NCBI RefSeq assembly: GCF_001194135.2
Contig: NC_068985.1
Location: 43,613,888-43,677,887, forward strand
Reading direction: 5' to 3'
DNA from: Octopus bimaculoides
Taxonomy: Eukaryota
DNA length: 64,000 bases
The notes under the pieces are model-generated. The model searched no databases. It saw only the letters and a list, made by a program, of their open reading frames with translations, and was not told the DNA's origin. This document shows, in pieces, positions 11,197 through 24,255 of the stretch (within the stretch, counting starts at the first letter, position 1; every line of letters begins with the position of its first letter). Made by a program: the position numbers and the translations under genes.

Positions 11197-11514
11197 AATA
11201 TTCACATCAATATTAATATATATTCATGAAGTGCATTTCCCATGTTGTTTAGAAATGACCATAATTAAAGAATTAAAGGCAATACCATAAATTCCAGTCT
11301 TTAAGTTAATGTATTTGTACTCAGTGATTAATCAACTTCACCTGGAATTTCAGCTTGTACAGATAGTTTTCTTCCTTAAGATAAACTATCTATGGATATT
11401 CACTTTGATAGCTAGTGTTCACAGAAATGCTTAGAGAAGATTCAGCTTGGATTTTAATCTCCTTTATCTGATATATATATAAACAAACAAAAGTATAGCT
11501 TATGTAGTTGCAAG

Positions 11515-11745
11515 CAAACATAGAGACTTTCTTAAAACCTTCCTGACCTTTGACTAAGTAGAACATTCAAGATGTTTCAGCTGGAGGAGGAGAGGACTAC
11601 AGCAATCATTTTCAGCTGAGTAGACTAACTGGAACAATATGAAGGCACTACATAGTGCCTTGCTCAAGGAGAAAATATGCCACCTGCTTCAGGAATCAAA
11701 CCCATGATCTAATGATCTTGAGCTCAACTCTCTAACTAGTAGGAC
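11515..11745 (-). mobile_element. Degenerate CORE-type SINE (distinct family)
   Basis: Minus strand GGGTTTGATTCC (B-box-like) followed by TCCTTGAGCAAGGCACT (CORE-like). Confidence 0.5.
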
Positions 11746-11894
11746 ACACACACACACACCTGTGCACACAAAATTAATGTAGGCCAGTCCAATGGCCTGT
11801 TTGGACCAATCTTAATAAACTACTGCATTTTATGTTTGCTTTGAGTACTTCTCTAAATCACAATTTAGCAGCATATGCACAATGTATGTGTATG

Positions 11895-11964
<70 letters not shown>

Positions 11965-11969
<5 letters not shown>

Positions 11970-13290
11970 GATGCAGTGAATAAATTGTCGTCTAAATTAT
12001 GCAAAAATGAAAATAACATGGACATCTCATTTTAACAGATATATTTACCAAAATTATATAAAAATATCTTGAAATACTAAAGAGTAAATTTATTCAATAA
12101 AATCGCTGTTTGCTTCAACCACAGTCTCCAGACAACTTCTGAATCTCCTGCAACTCTTCTGGATGATGATCTTGTTAAAGTTGGTGAATGCTGCTGTAAT
12201 CCTTGCCTTCAGTTCATCTTTGGTGTCACAAGGAGTTTTGTTGGTCTCTCACTCAACTATGCCCCACACATAATAATCTAGGGGTTTAGGTGGCCAGATG
12301 TTTGGGGTGGTGTGGTTGCAGAAATTGTCTGGGTTCTCCTGCTTGTGTGGCATGGTACAGAGTCCTGTTGCCAGACATAGGATCTTCCAGCAGTCACTCT
12401 TTTGACTCAGGCCAGCACTACCCCCTCCAGGCACTTGATGTAGGCTTCTGTGTTGAGTCTGAGGTCGTGTGGGAAGATGATGTTGACTGGATGTTTTTAT
12501 TTTTATCATTCTCGGTACATGTTTTGGGGACATGACAAGCCAATGGTTGTTCTGGGTGTTCACTGAATCTTGGACATTTACCCCACCCATGGACAATAAC
12601 CCCAAGGACAATTACTGAGGACATCAGATAATGATTTAAAACTTCTTAATATATTAGAGAGGGGGTAATTAACCAAAGGTCTTGGGGGTAGTTGTTGTCA
12701 GGGGGAAATTGTCCTATAGGGGGTAATTATCCTGATACGGTGTTCACCATCTGATCCTGGCAGAGAATTTTCTTGTCTGAGAAAAACCAAAGCATGTTCA
12801 GTTGGAAAGAATGCTAGTTTGTTCAAAAGCTTCTTAGCATGGTTTTACCTCTTGTCCTTGATGACTTGGGATAAAAATTGGCCCTTTCTCATCGTGTATG
12901 AAGAATACTGAATGTCTTCATGCACTACCTGCCTGATAAGAAACTCAGACACTCCCATGTCCCTGGCAATGGACCTGATTGACTTGGAGAGATCATTGTC
13001 AATCATGGCCTGGATCTCACCAACAAATTCAAGAGTTCTTTTCTTATCAGAATGATCAGAGTGAGTTTTCTGAGATACTGTACCCTCCTAATCACCATTA
13101 GACTCATCCAAACTCTTTCCAAATCCTCTGCACTGTCCTCAGATTGACACCCAAACACTCTGAAATGTTCGTATTGGAGCTTCTGTTGCAAATGCCAAAC
13201 AGTATGGCATGTGTTTCCAAATTTCTGGCAGAGTGAATTGCATCATGGTGTTGTTTTTCTCACAGACGGTACCCAACTGACCCTACTATA
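11965..13290 (-). mobile_element. maT/DD37D-type (Tc1/mariner superfamily) transposon, degenerate
   Basis: Minus strand: SIRSIARDMGVSEFLIRQVVHEDI (HTH), MLWFFSD, QDQMVNTQNNHW, WQQDSVPCH, IWPPKPLDYYVWGIVE (WPPxSPDxNPLDY type), ELKARITAAF...CRRFRSCLETVVEAN. Confidence 0.9.
12564..12739. mobile_element. 176-bp TIR element nested in the maT transposase
   Basis: Exact 8-bp TSD GTGTTCAC (12556-12563 and 12740-12747). Termini TGAATCTTGGACATTTACCCC and reverse complement CGTATCAGGATAATTACCCCC; internal GGACAATTA-type subterminal repeats in both orientations. Removing it restores MVNTQNNHW. Confidence 0.8.
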
Positions 13291-14939
13291 CAGTGTAGTT
13301 GACAAAATCAAAAACAAACAATGTGCATGCATGAAATTAAAAATTGTATGTATGTATGCTAGTTATACACACTATATACATACAGGCCAGATGGAAGTGA
13401 TCTTGAGGATGTAATGAAATGAATCTGATTTGAAAATGAATAATAATAATGCTCCGTCTTTCTCTCACAAGGAAGTGTTTATAGGAGGAGGAGAACAAGA
13501 GTTTACATAGAAATATGTGTTGAGGGCAGCAAAGCACTGTTCGCTGCTTGAATCTAGCTGTCAGTAAAAACATGGGGAAAGAATGTAGAATACCAAACTA
13601 TAAAAGTATGTATAAGGCAAGAAAGGAGAGAAGGATAAAAGAATGCAATAACTTATATGCCTGACACTGGTCAAAGAAACTAAACATCAGGTTTAACTAG
13701 TGATAAGAAAAGCCAACAGTAGCTGGTTTATCAATATCGCTATAATGTTTTGAAACAACCCATACAGATTAGATGAGAGTTAGTAAGGACAAGGGGAACT
13801 ATAGAATTTCCAGTTGCAATTAATGACATACTGAAGATAAATAGGTTTGTACAGAGAGGTTATCCCCAAATCTAGGTATTCTCAAGTGGGGGGAGGAATT
13901 GAAAAGGAGGTGGGCAAATTGCCTATAATTAAAGTTTTAAACTTGTCCAATACTATGGAAAAGCAAAGAAGAATTTTATGAATGTAAATTCCATTTTGTT
14001 TTCTCAATGAGAAAACAAAGAAGTAATTTTTCACTATTTTTTTTTTTTTTTGGTGGCAGGGTAGTATTTGTCAGTGGTCCAATCACCTGGAGGGCAATAC
14101 CATTATTAATGAAAACAAAAGTAAATGATACTTGCATGAGAAAGGAACTCACAATGGTTTCGAAAAACAGACCACATTATGGAAGTGGTAGAAAGTGTTT
14201 TAAAGTTGGATTATATATGATTAGCTTGGACAATCAGACACCATGCTATCTCATAGAATAACTATCAAAGAACATGTGACTATCAGGTTACATTTGGCTT
14301 TTACTGAATGTAACTGCAAGTTTGCATTTTATGGCAATATTAGGGATTAATGAAAGTGGTTCATGCTATATATGATCAATATAAGGTATTTAGTGTGTAT
14401 ATATGCTATCCATTAAGGATAAAGCTCTGAGAAACAACTCTTCTACATTTCTTTCTAAAACTCATTTCTTTTAATTTTTGCAGATGTTTGCAGGAAGGTA
14501 TATAGCAAATTGGAGCAAATACCAGTTTATATATTCCTATACAAAGTAATCGAAAAGATAGATTGTGTTGTTAGGTATGTAGAAAAAAATATTGTGAACA
14601 CACACACACACTTAAAATTTTTGAGAAATTCATGTGTATGTATGTATGTATGTATGTGTGTGTGTGTGGGGGGGGAGGGTCTGTTAAAGTTCACTTGAAG
14701 GCAAAGTAGTACAGAATGATGTTAACATTCCAATTTTAATAAATTGGAACTTATAGGTAAGTTAAATTCATGAAGCTGATTTATTTATATACTGAAAATA
14801 CTGAAAGTTGAATTTCCAAAACTTAATGAACCAATGTTAAGGGAAATGTTACTCTTAAAAGCAATTACGGGTCAAGGAAATTTTACATTTTACATCTGTA
14901 AAATTTCTCACTTCTCAAATCATCTTCACCCTCCTCATT

Positions 14940-16490
14940 TTACATCATCACTTCTCATGTTTCTTTAAATCTTCCACAGATCCCTTCCACTTTGAGTGCT
15001 CAGCTTTACCCAACTGTCATCCCCCAAATGTTCATACCAAATCAGTTTTACGTACTGCATCTGATTTGTCATATACCCAATTTTCCTCTCACCTCATTTC
15101 TGCTCTACTGTTTATGCAAACATTACAATTTTCAGCCTTTACACATCCTCCACATACAGTGCCTGTTTCATTATTATGTGTACGTTATACATAAGCATCA
15201 AACAATCTGACTTTCATGTCTACTGCTGTCAATGATCTCTTCAGTAGCCTTTCACCCGGCTAACATCCATATCAATTGCCCCTCTGTCTCTTGTCACTTG
15301 TATCTCACATCTCTATTACACATCTGCCTATGTCAATGTCACTCAGGTTCCTTTTCCTCATGACTTTATCTCTCATGCTCTTGCTACCTGCACTCATTTA
15401 TCTATTACACATCTTCCACTCCCGCCTCCTCTTATCAATCACACAATGCTGTTAGAATGACTAAGGAAAGCAGTGGTTCTTTCTTCGATTTGCCACACAT
15501 TGCACTCCCTCACTCTTACCTTTGTTGCTTGTCTTCTGTTAGCCATACATTATATTTATGCCCATGTTTTTATTGTTCATCTATTGCTTGCCATACATTG
15601 CATCTCTTCTGTAGACCAGTCAGGATGCAACTACATCTATTTTGATCCTTTTCTTTCATACTGCTCACTGGTGTAGGACTTACCTATATTCCAATTACCA
15701 TGCCACTATCTTCAACACTCAATCCCTCATACCCTTTTCATTGCCAATGCATAGATGGTCATATTGGACTGCTTGTGTCCAGTTCACTCTGTGTTCAACC
15801 TCCTTCCTATACAGCTTGTCGTTATCCTATGTTAAACTCTTATTACTTTTATCCAATACAACTTGAACTTCTGGATCTTTAGTTTTGTCAAGGGCATAAC
15901 ATCTCTGTAGTGCTAGCAGCACAAAAAGCACCCAGTATAATCTGTAAAGTTGTTAGTGTTAGGAAGTGCATTCAGCTGTAGCAACTGAGCCAAAATGAAA
16001 TATAAGATGAGATGCCCTCAACTTGACAAGGTGCCATCTTGTCATCTGAGCAATACTGCCTTGAATATCTCAAAATACATATCTTCTATCTCACATCCCT
16101 CTTACTCCTATCAGTGATGCTTTTATCACTAATGCTTCTCACTCTGTAAAGGTGGAGAGGCAAGCAGAGACATGGAGTTATGAGGTCCCTATAGTTGTGT
16201 AAAGACATGGTCACTTCTTTAATGCTGGTGTATTTAGTATACCCTGTAAAGTGCGAGGTTGTGAGAAGTCTTTAGTCTTGTCAAGGGCATAACATCTCTG
16301 TAGTGCTGGTGGCACATAAAAAGCACCTAGTATAATCTGTAAAGTTGTTGGTGTTAGGAAGTGCATTCAGCTGTAGCAACTGAGCCAAAATGAAATATAA
16401 GATGAGATGCCCTCAACTTGTCAAGGTAAACAGACACATGCAACCAATGTCAGCATGGATAGAGGAAATAAAACAATGATGATGAAGATG
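14940..16490 (+). mobile_element. Old non-coding retroelement: pyrimidine-rich body plus RTE-type tail, with local duplication
   Basis: Tail GTGTTAGGAAGTGCATTCAGCTGTAGCAAC...CAGCATGGATAGAGG...(GAT)n; similar layout in the opposite orientation at 50385-51250. Body homology between the two is only loose by eye. Confidence 0.5.
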
Positions 16491-17134
16491 ACAACAATGA
16501 TGTTGATGATGATAAGATGGTAGTGATGTTTAACACCAACCTGTAATTGCTCTGTATATATATTTTTTACAACACATTATTCACTAGGCTGGAATGATAA
16601 AGGAATTAATTTCTGGTGAATATTCTCTATCTATTTATATGTTTATATTTACTAATGCAGCCATTTGTGGGAGTGTCAGTCTCTTTGTACCTACTTCTTT
16701 CTTCCTATCTATATATCTCACTTTACATTTTATATACCTCTCTATTTATATGTACTTTTATGTGTATGTGTGTATAAGTGTATATGTGCATACACACACA
16801 TGCTTATCTAATCTATGTAACTCTGTTTATAAGCCTATCAAACTGTCTGTCTTACTATAAATACCTTCATGTCTGTCTCTTTTTTTTGTATATCAATCAT
16901 CCTGTTTTTCTACCAATCTGCAGACATGTCCACATGCACATTCACCACACATAAATACACTCATGTCAGTAACGCCCAAATGCATACAGGCACACACACA
17001 AACATACATGGATTTCCACATGAACATACAAATCTATATATATAATTGTATATATCCATGTATATTCATGCACTTGCACATTCATATACACACATGTGCA
17101 TATACACATATACATTAACATATTTTTTTTTTGT

Positions 17135-17326
17135 TTCACTCATTAGACTGTGGCCATGCAAGGGCACCGCCTTGAAGGATTTTAGTCTAATAACTAATAA
17201 GACACAAGTACTTATTTTATTGGTTTCTTTTGCTGAACTGCTACGTTATGGAGATGTAAACACATCAACACCAGTTGTCAAGTGGTATTAGGGGACAAAC
17301 ACAGACACAAAGATACACACACAGAT

Positions 17327-17357
<31 letters not shown>

Positions 17358-17520
17358 ATGGGCTTCTTTCAGCTTCCTTTTACAAAATCCACTCACAAAG
17401 TGCTGGTCAGCCTGAGGCTATTGTAGAAGATGCTTGTCGAAAGTGCCACACAGTGGGACTGAATCTGGAATCATGTGGTTGGGAAGCAAACTTCTTACCA
17501 CACAGCCACACCGTACCTAT
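17135..17520 (-). mobile_element. SINE family A copy
   Basis: Colinear with 59438-59828. Confidence 0.85.
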
Positions 17521-18699
17521 ATTTATATTAAGAGTTTGTAACTTAAATCTACATTCTTCAAAAAGTTTCACAGATGTAAGATCACATGTTCATTCAGATG
17601 CTGCCAAGTTAAGTGACAAGACAGCCACAAGTCCTAAAGATGGCTGTTAGTTATTAGATGACGTGTGCAATTTGTTCTTATTATACACCTGTGCGTACAC
17701 ACATATGTAAATAATATAATTTACTGAATAAATCCCAGTACTTATTTTACTGTCCTTGAAGGGATAAGAGTTAAAGATAGCAGCAGAGGATTTGATCTCA
17801 ATACTAAATATTGTAAAATTATTTGTTATTCTATCATATCTACTACTTAACCACCTTTATAAAGAATGCTAATACTAAATCTATACTGTTTCAAAGTGCA
17901 TGCAACAACATATTAATACATTCAAACAGTGATTAGGTGTTGCTCTTGTCTATTTTAACAGTTTAAACATTCACATGCTTTACTAATATATATGACTAAC
18001 AAGTGTCAAATAACCTTCTATCATTGGAATAAACATTGAAAAATGTAGTCCTAGAAAAGATGGTTACAACTGGGATGCATTTAATTACAGATCTACATGA
18101 TCAAGCTTGACCTGGGGCTAAATAACAACAACCTAGAGATGTTTTGCAAGATCTGTTTTAAAGCCAACTATCTGTAAGCAAGTTTAATAATGTGTCTGTT
18201 GACAGCATGCAATGGTTTTTGCAGGATTTGAATTTATGCACAATGGTCAGTAAACAAGTAACTTAACCACTTGGTCATCACACTTCTTCAAATATTTTTT
18301 TTTTTTTGTCTTTAGTCTGTTACTAAATGAATAGGCTTAGTCTAATAACAGTTTAACTTTTTCTATTCTAATGCTGTGACTATACCTTTGTTGAAATAGG
18401 GTTGATGAAGAGAGTTGCTTTTAAAAAAATGACAACAAATTAAGCTAAACTGATATAAAATAAAAATTTCAAACTTTGATATTCAAATCTTTAAGTGTAA
18501 AGAAAATAGAGTGCTCAATATTGTAAGTAAAGGGATATAAATTATTGGAAGCATAGAAAAGTAAACATTGATGAGAAAACAGAGTTTGTTTTTTTAAAAG
18601 CAAGATGTGTTTCAAGAGGCATGTGGCATTTTTCATGTTTATTAAATGTATAAATATGCTGATAAAAATGAATTTTAAAGCAATTCTCAGTCAGGCTGA

Positions 18700-21520
18700 T
18701 GTAACTTCTGAGTGCACTGTTATTGCTGGCTTGAACTTAAACAGAATAGATTAGAGATTCAAAAGACAGTTATTGTTTAGGGTGCAATTGCTTGTAGCAA
18801 TGTAGTTGTCAGCTAGAAAATGGACTGTTGTATCAATAGTTGGAAAGATTACTGAAATTAAAATAGTAAATGGAGCTAGCAAAATTTTTACAAGAGTAAA
18901 TTACTTCAATTGTAATTCTGTTAAGAAGTTTATAGCTTTATTGTATCTGTGATTCACTGAGAAAGGAAAAGGTTTTAAGTTTAAGGAGTTCTTGGTAATG
19001 TGGGAACAAATGTTTCGACTGTATATTGGATTATATCATAAGTATTTCTTGGATTACTTTTACACTTGGAAACATTAGAGTGAACCATATATTGTTATTT
19101 TATCCCTAAAACTACTTTTACAAGGTACCTCATTATAACAATGAGAAAGATTAATGAATGTGGCCTCATCTAAAGATAATGAAGATGTTTATTAACCAGT
19201 GGTGGGGACTAAATTTATATGAATAATAGAGGAAAGTTTGAATCCTTATATTTTTTATTTGGTTTCAGTATAGGTAAAATTTATGCCTTTTGGATAGTTT
19301 AACCAGGGCTGGTAAGCTGAGGGGGTGCACCAGACACCAGTCTGATTAGGCATGGTTTCTATGGTTGGATGCCCTTTTTAACACCAACCACTCCAAGAGA
19401 GTAAGGGGTGCTGTTATGTGCCACCAGCATGGCTGCCAGTTGCGTGACATCAGTATCTGTCATGACTATGATTTCACTTGGCTTGATGGGTCTTCTACTC
19501 CAGCACAACATATTTCCAAAGGTCTTGGTCATTTATCATTGCCTCTGTGGGGCCTAACACTCGAAAAGTATTTTTTACTGTTGTAGTTGGGCTGCTGTAG
19601 TTGGAAAGTCATGTGACACTGACATTGGTCATGACTATGATTTCACTTGATTTGATGGATCTTCTCAAGTATGGCATATTGCCAAATGTCTCAGTCACTA
19701 GTTATTGCCTCAATGAGACCTAATGTTCAAAGATCATGCTTCACCACCTTGTCCCATGTCTTCCTGAGTCTACCTCTTCCATAGTTAGAAATCAGCACTT
19801 CTTTACACAGCTGTCCTTGTCTATATGTATGACATGACCATACCAGCATAGCTGTGTCTTTTGCATACCACATCTGATGCCTCTTATGCCCAACTTTTCT
19901 CTCAAGATGCTTACACTCTGTTGTACATGCACACTGACATTGCACATCCAGCGAAGCATGCTAGCTTCATTTTTTACAAGCCTATGCATGTCCTTGGTGG
20001 TCACAGCCCATGTTTCACTGCTGTGTAGCATAGCTGTTCACACACAAGCATCATACAATCTGCCTTTCACTCTGAGGGAGAGGCCTTTTGTTGCCAACAG
20101 AGGTAGGATCTCTCTGAACTTTGCCTAGCCTATTCTTTTTCTCACAGCTATGCTCTTGGAGCATCCACCTCCGCTAATGACTTGGTCACCTAGATAACAG
20201 AAGCTGTCAACTACCTCTAGCTTACCTCACTGGCATTTGATAGAGTCTATTTTCTGTACATTTTTAGTGTTTATTGTACCTGTGCACCTTCCACACACAA
20301 AGACTATTTTCCCAGTTAACCTTCCACTGATATTGCTTCATTTCTTATAGCTTGCATCGGGTACTGCTAGGTTAACTCTAAGGTCCTTCAATTCTTGACC
20401 TTGCTTCCACACTTGAAATTTCTTCTCTAGTTCTGGTAGTGATTCAGCTATAAGAACAAGATCATCAGCATAGAGGAGCTCCCAGGGGCAGCTCCTCTTA
20501 AATTTCTCTGTTATTGCCTGGAGGACTATGATGAACAAGAGGGGGCTGAAGACTGATCCTTGGTGAACCCCTACTTGTATCCTGAATTCATCGCTTCATT
20601 CCTTGCCAACCCTGACCTTACTGACTGCATCCTTGTACAGCTCTCACCATCGCTCTTCTATACCTAGTTTCCACATTGACCACCAGATAAGGGATCAGGT
20701 AACTCTATGAAAAGCTTTCTCCATGTCAACAAAAGCCAAGTACAGAGGTTTATCTTTGGCTTGGTACTTCTCCTACAGCCAGAAATATAGCATCAATGGT
20801 GCTTCTCCCAAGACTGCAAGGTCATCATCTGTGAATAAACTTCTTTGCATAGTAGAAAATCTTTTATGAAATGTTTCAGAATATAAATTCCAATCATTTC
20901 ACATAATTCAGTTCCACTGTGTTACCCCATAGGAACACCAAACTATTTGCTGCTATTTCTTTTAAACCCAGGATTATTTATTGAAAAGCAGGAGGCATTT
21001 CTTTGCATGCATAATAATCATAATACCAGATTCAATGACTGATGTGATGTTAATGACAAAATTTAAGGTTTTGTAGAGGAGATTAGTTAAGAATGACAGA
21101 ATCGATATCAAGTTGCTTGTATTTGCAATGTTGTCTATCTTTATTATTACTAACTTATTTGATTATGGATTTACTGCTCTTTAATGGGAGAAATAGCATT
21201 TCTTCTGTTACAAGTATACTATAATATAGAATGTACTTACAACTGTACCTAATTTGGTTTTGTCAGGGTTGATTAACCTATGTTTTGCATTGCTGGTCAA
21301 ATTAGGCATGTCATCTTTAAATGTAGTATATGGTATGTCTGGAACTAAATATTCTACTCTGTCATCTACTCTGTCTTTGGTGTCAAGGTTTATAGAGTTA
21401 TGGCTAAAGCCATAATCTTTGTAAATGATAGTTATGCTATTGAATAATAGTTTGTACTGTGTATTTTTGTTTGCACCATAAAGAATTAAAAAAATTTAGT
21501 TGTGATATTAAATTCTTTAT
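18700..21520 (-). mobile_element. Ancient Penelope-like element (second family), interrupted by an RTE insertion
   Basis: Minus-strand remnants: FKDDMPNL..KHRLINPDKTKLG (RLINPAKSELG type), KQLDI, GVPMG*HSGTELCEMIGIYIL (DVTMGSYDGAEVCELVG type), LFTDDDLAV (YRDDGL type), then a thumb-like segment resembling YIH..SNHP and RNIIWYNPPYS at about 19000-19250. Many stops. Confidence 0.7.
19300..20795 (-). mobile_element. RTE-clade LINE, 5'-truncated RT plus 3' UTR
   Basis: STIDAIF..QEKYQAKDKPLYLAFVDMEKAF, VGVHQGSVFSPLLFIIVLQAITE, WELLYADDLVLIAE, MLHSSETW, LCWYGHV; followed by a family C tail. Confidence 0.93.
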
Positions 21521-22692
21521 TAATTCTTTATTTCTTTTGGAAAACTGTTGTGGATTTTTCTTAAGCTTAACCTTTTTTACCAAGTTAAAAAGGTATGCTT
21601 CAAGTGATTCTAGTTCTTAATTTGTTGAAGGACATTCCCTTGTTCTAAACTACAACTTCCAGGGTAACTTTGTCAAAAAATATACATATTATCTCATTCA
21701 TATAAAATATCCTGAGTTTTCAATAACACATTTTAGTTAGTAGTTTTTGGATCAATAAAATGACATGAACATGTAAGTGTAAACAAGATGAAAAGAGAGT
21801 ACTCAATTCTGAAAGTAGGTCCTAAAATTTACTAGGGGTTAAAAATTCACTAACACTACTTTGAGTTCCTTGATGCTAATTTTTGAATATTTATGAAAAA
21901 TAGAATATGGTATTTCATATAGAACTAGAACACACACACATCACTGTATTGTCCAGACTATCAGGTGTTGTTATACATTGCTGGTAACAATTCATTTCCT
22001 TGCATTGTTGTAACTTTTAGATGATGCCATCCCATCTTGCTGGATTGGTCAGCAGGCCTATATATATATATATATATATATATAATTAGAGGTTGTATTA
22101 ACCTCATGAAACGATGGTTTCATCCAAGGAAATACTGGTTCAATACCTAGTATTTTGGGGGAATGAATTTCCTTAAAATAATAGGTGTGTATAAAAACAT
22201 ATAGCTTATATTCATTTAAAGGAAGAAGAAAATGGAGACTGGGAAGTTAATAATTATTTATTATTAACAGCAAATTGGTCATCTTCACTTAGAGTCGTTT
22301 CTATTAATACTCAATAAACATTATGCGACATGTGCATATTATCAGAGGAAAAGATTTACCTTTGGAGACTATATGTGTGTTTGTGAATTTATTTTAGCAG
22401 ACTAAAATGAATTCACAATAATTCAGTTCCACTGTATCACCCCATAGGAACACCAATTTTAGTCTGTTAAAATGAATTCACAAACACACATACAGCATCC
22501 GAAGATAAATCTTTATTCCACTGATTTGTGCTCATGCTGCATAAATGTAAATTTAATGTTTATTGACTATTAATAGAAATGGATATAACTGAAGATGACC
22601 CATTTGCTGTTAACAATAAATAATTATTAACTTCCCTATCTCCATTTTCCTCTTCTTTTAAATGAATATAAATTATATATATATATAATTTA

Positions 22693-22739
<47 letters not shown>

Positions 22740-22784
22740 NNNNNNNNNNNNNNNNNNNNNNNNNNNNNNNNNNNNNNNNNNNNN

Positions 22785-22842
<58 letters not shown>

Positions 22843-23710
22843 TGTCTAAGAATCCATAAGTCAGGAAAAAAATGCATTTGTATATTTGTCAGTAGAGTGA
22901 GTGTATTAATCAAAGTGTACAATATTATATGGATATCCATTACAGTCGATCTTAGATTAGCTTTGCACTAAGGGTTCAATGGAGTGTTAGGTAAGTCTGA
23001 TTATGTAACCCTATTTCATTCCATAACTGCCATCTCTAAAGAGCACAGGGATACATAATCAGACTGTTACTTAACACTCTGTTGAACTTCTAATGCAAAA
23101 CCAATCAGTAAGATTGGCCATAAATAATTTATAATACTGTACACTTCAATTAATATATGTGTGTGTGTGTGTGTAAATATAAAAATACATACATGTGTAT
23201 ATTCAGATTTATTAGTTTGTGGTAAATCCATGTTGACATTAATGTTTGTCGTAATGTTTGTTTCACTTTAAATGCATTTCCAAGCTTTATTTATTAGAGT
23301 TTATTTTTCTGCTCTACAAGAAATTTCAGTTTTTGTCTTGATTTTTTTTCATCTTTGCGCTCCAATTGCTATTCATTGATTTTCATTATCAAGAAATATG
23401 AACAAACTTTCAAATGTGACTGTCATTAATTTTGTACAAGATTTTCATTGTTTAATTGAACTGATAACAGTGATTGTTTATTTAAGCAATATTTTCATTA
23501 GAGAATTATAGAAAAGTTGATTAACAGTTCTGAAAAAATTACATTAGTATGCTATATAGAATTTAAAAAGCAAATATTTGAACTGTTATGTGAAAGAACA
23601 AAACAAAATTAAAAAAAACAAAACAATTGTTATATCATAGAAGTTTAGATTTGTTAGAATTACCTGTAGATAACAAAACATCCAGAAAATAGCTGTTTGC
23701 ATCTTATATA

Positions 23711-23743
<33 letters not shown>

Positions 23744-24182
23744 AGATATGTGTGTGTGTGTGTGCCTGTGTGCATGCATGTGTGTATCTAGGTGTGTGTG
23801 TATGTGTTTGTATATATATATATAGATATATATAGATATATATATATATATATATATAAGATGCATACACACTAATAAAGAAACAAAACATAATCTATAA
23901 TATGAGTAGCTAATTAGTAGCCATGGATGCTTCCAGCAACCCTGATTATAAAAGGAGTAAGATAAAAACAAAGAAACAAAAAAAAAAGGGACAAACCACT
24001 CATTTATTTGGATATTTTCAATTAAGCTGTTTTCTATTTTGAATCAGGTCTTAAATATAAAATACCTTCTTGGTCTATATAAATATTTGAAAGTATTTCA
24101 AGGGCATTTGAAATATTTATAATTTTATCTTGAAGCTAAGTGAAAAAACAACAAAGTACAGAATGAAGGTTTTTATACTTAC

Positions 24183-24255
24183 AAGATGAAGAAATTACTT
24201 GACAAAATACAAGCAAAATGAGACATATTACAAATGTGCTTTTTCTTGATAACAT
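24183..24255 (-). CDS. L1CAM/neuroglian-family gene, first coding exon (signal peptide); the exon extends to 24294 as 5' UTR
   Basis: Acceptor TTGTTTGTTTATTTGCAG|G at 24295/24294; GCC-ATG at 24255; MLSRKSTFVICLILLVFCQVISSS (basic n-region, hydrophobic core, small-residue end); donor TCT T|GTAAGTA, phase 1, joins CC of exon 4213 to give TCC = Ser and then NLPPSITKQP. Confidence 0.85.

Noticed and set aside
13680-14420. Possible very old LINE RT remnants (similar hints at 39300-39950, 44960-45330 and 48740-49500)
   Set aside because: Too degenerate to support a motif call without a profile search.
22090-22150. CTCATGA...GATG/CATC...GAAATACTGG as another hammerhead
   Set aside because: The core is mutated and the stems cannot be assigned confidently by eye.
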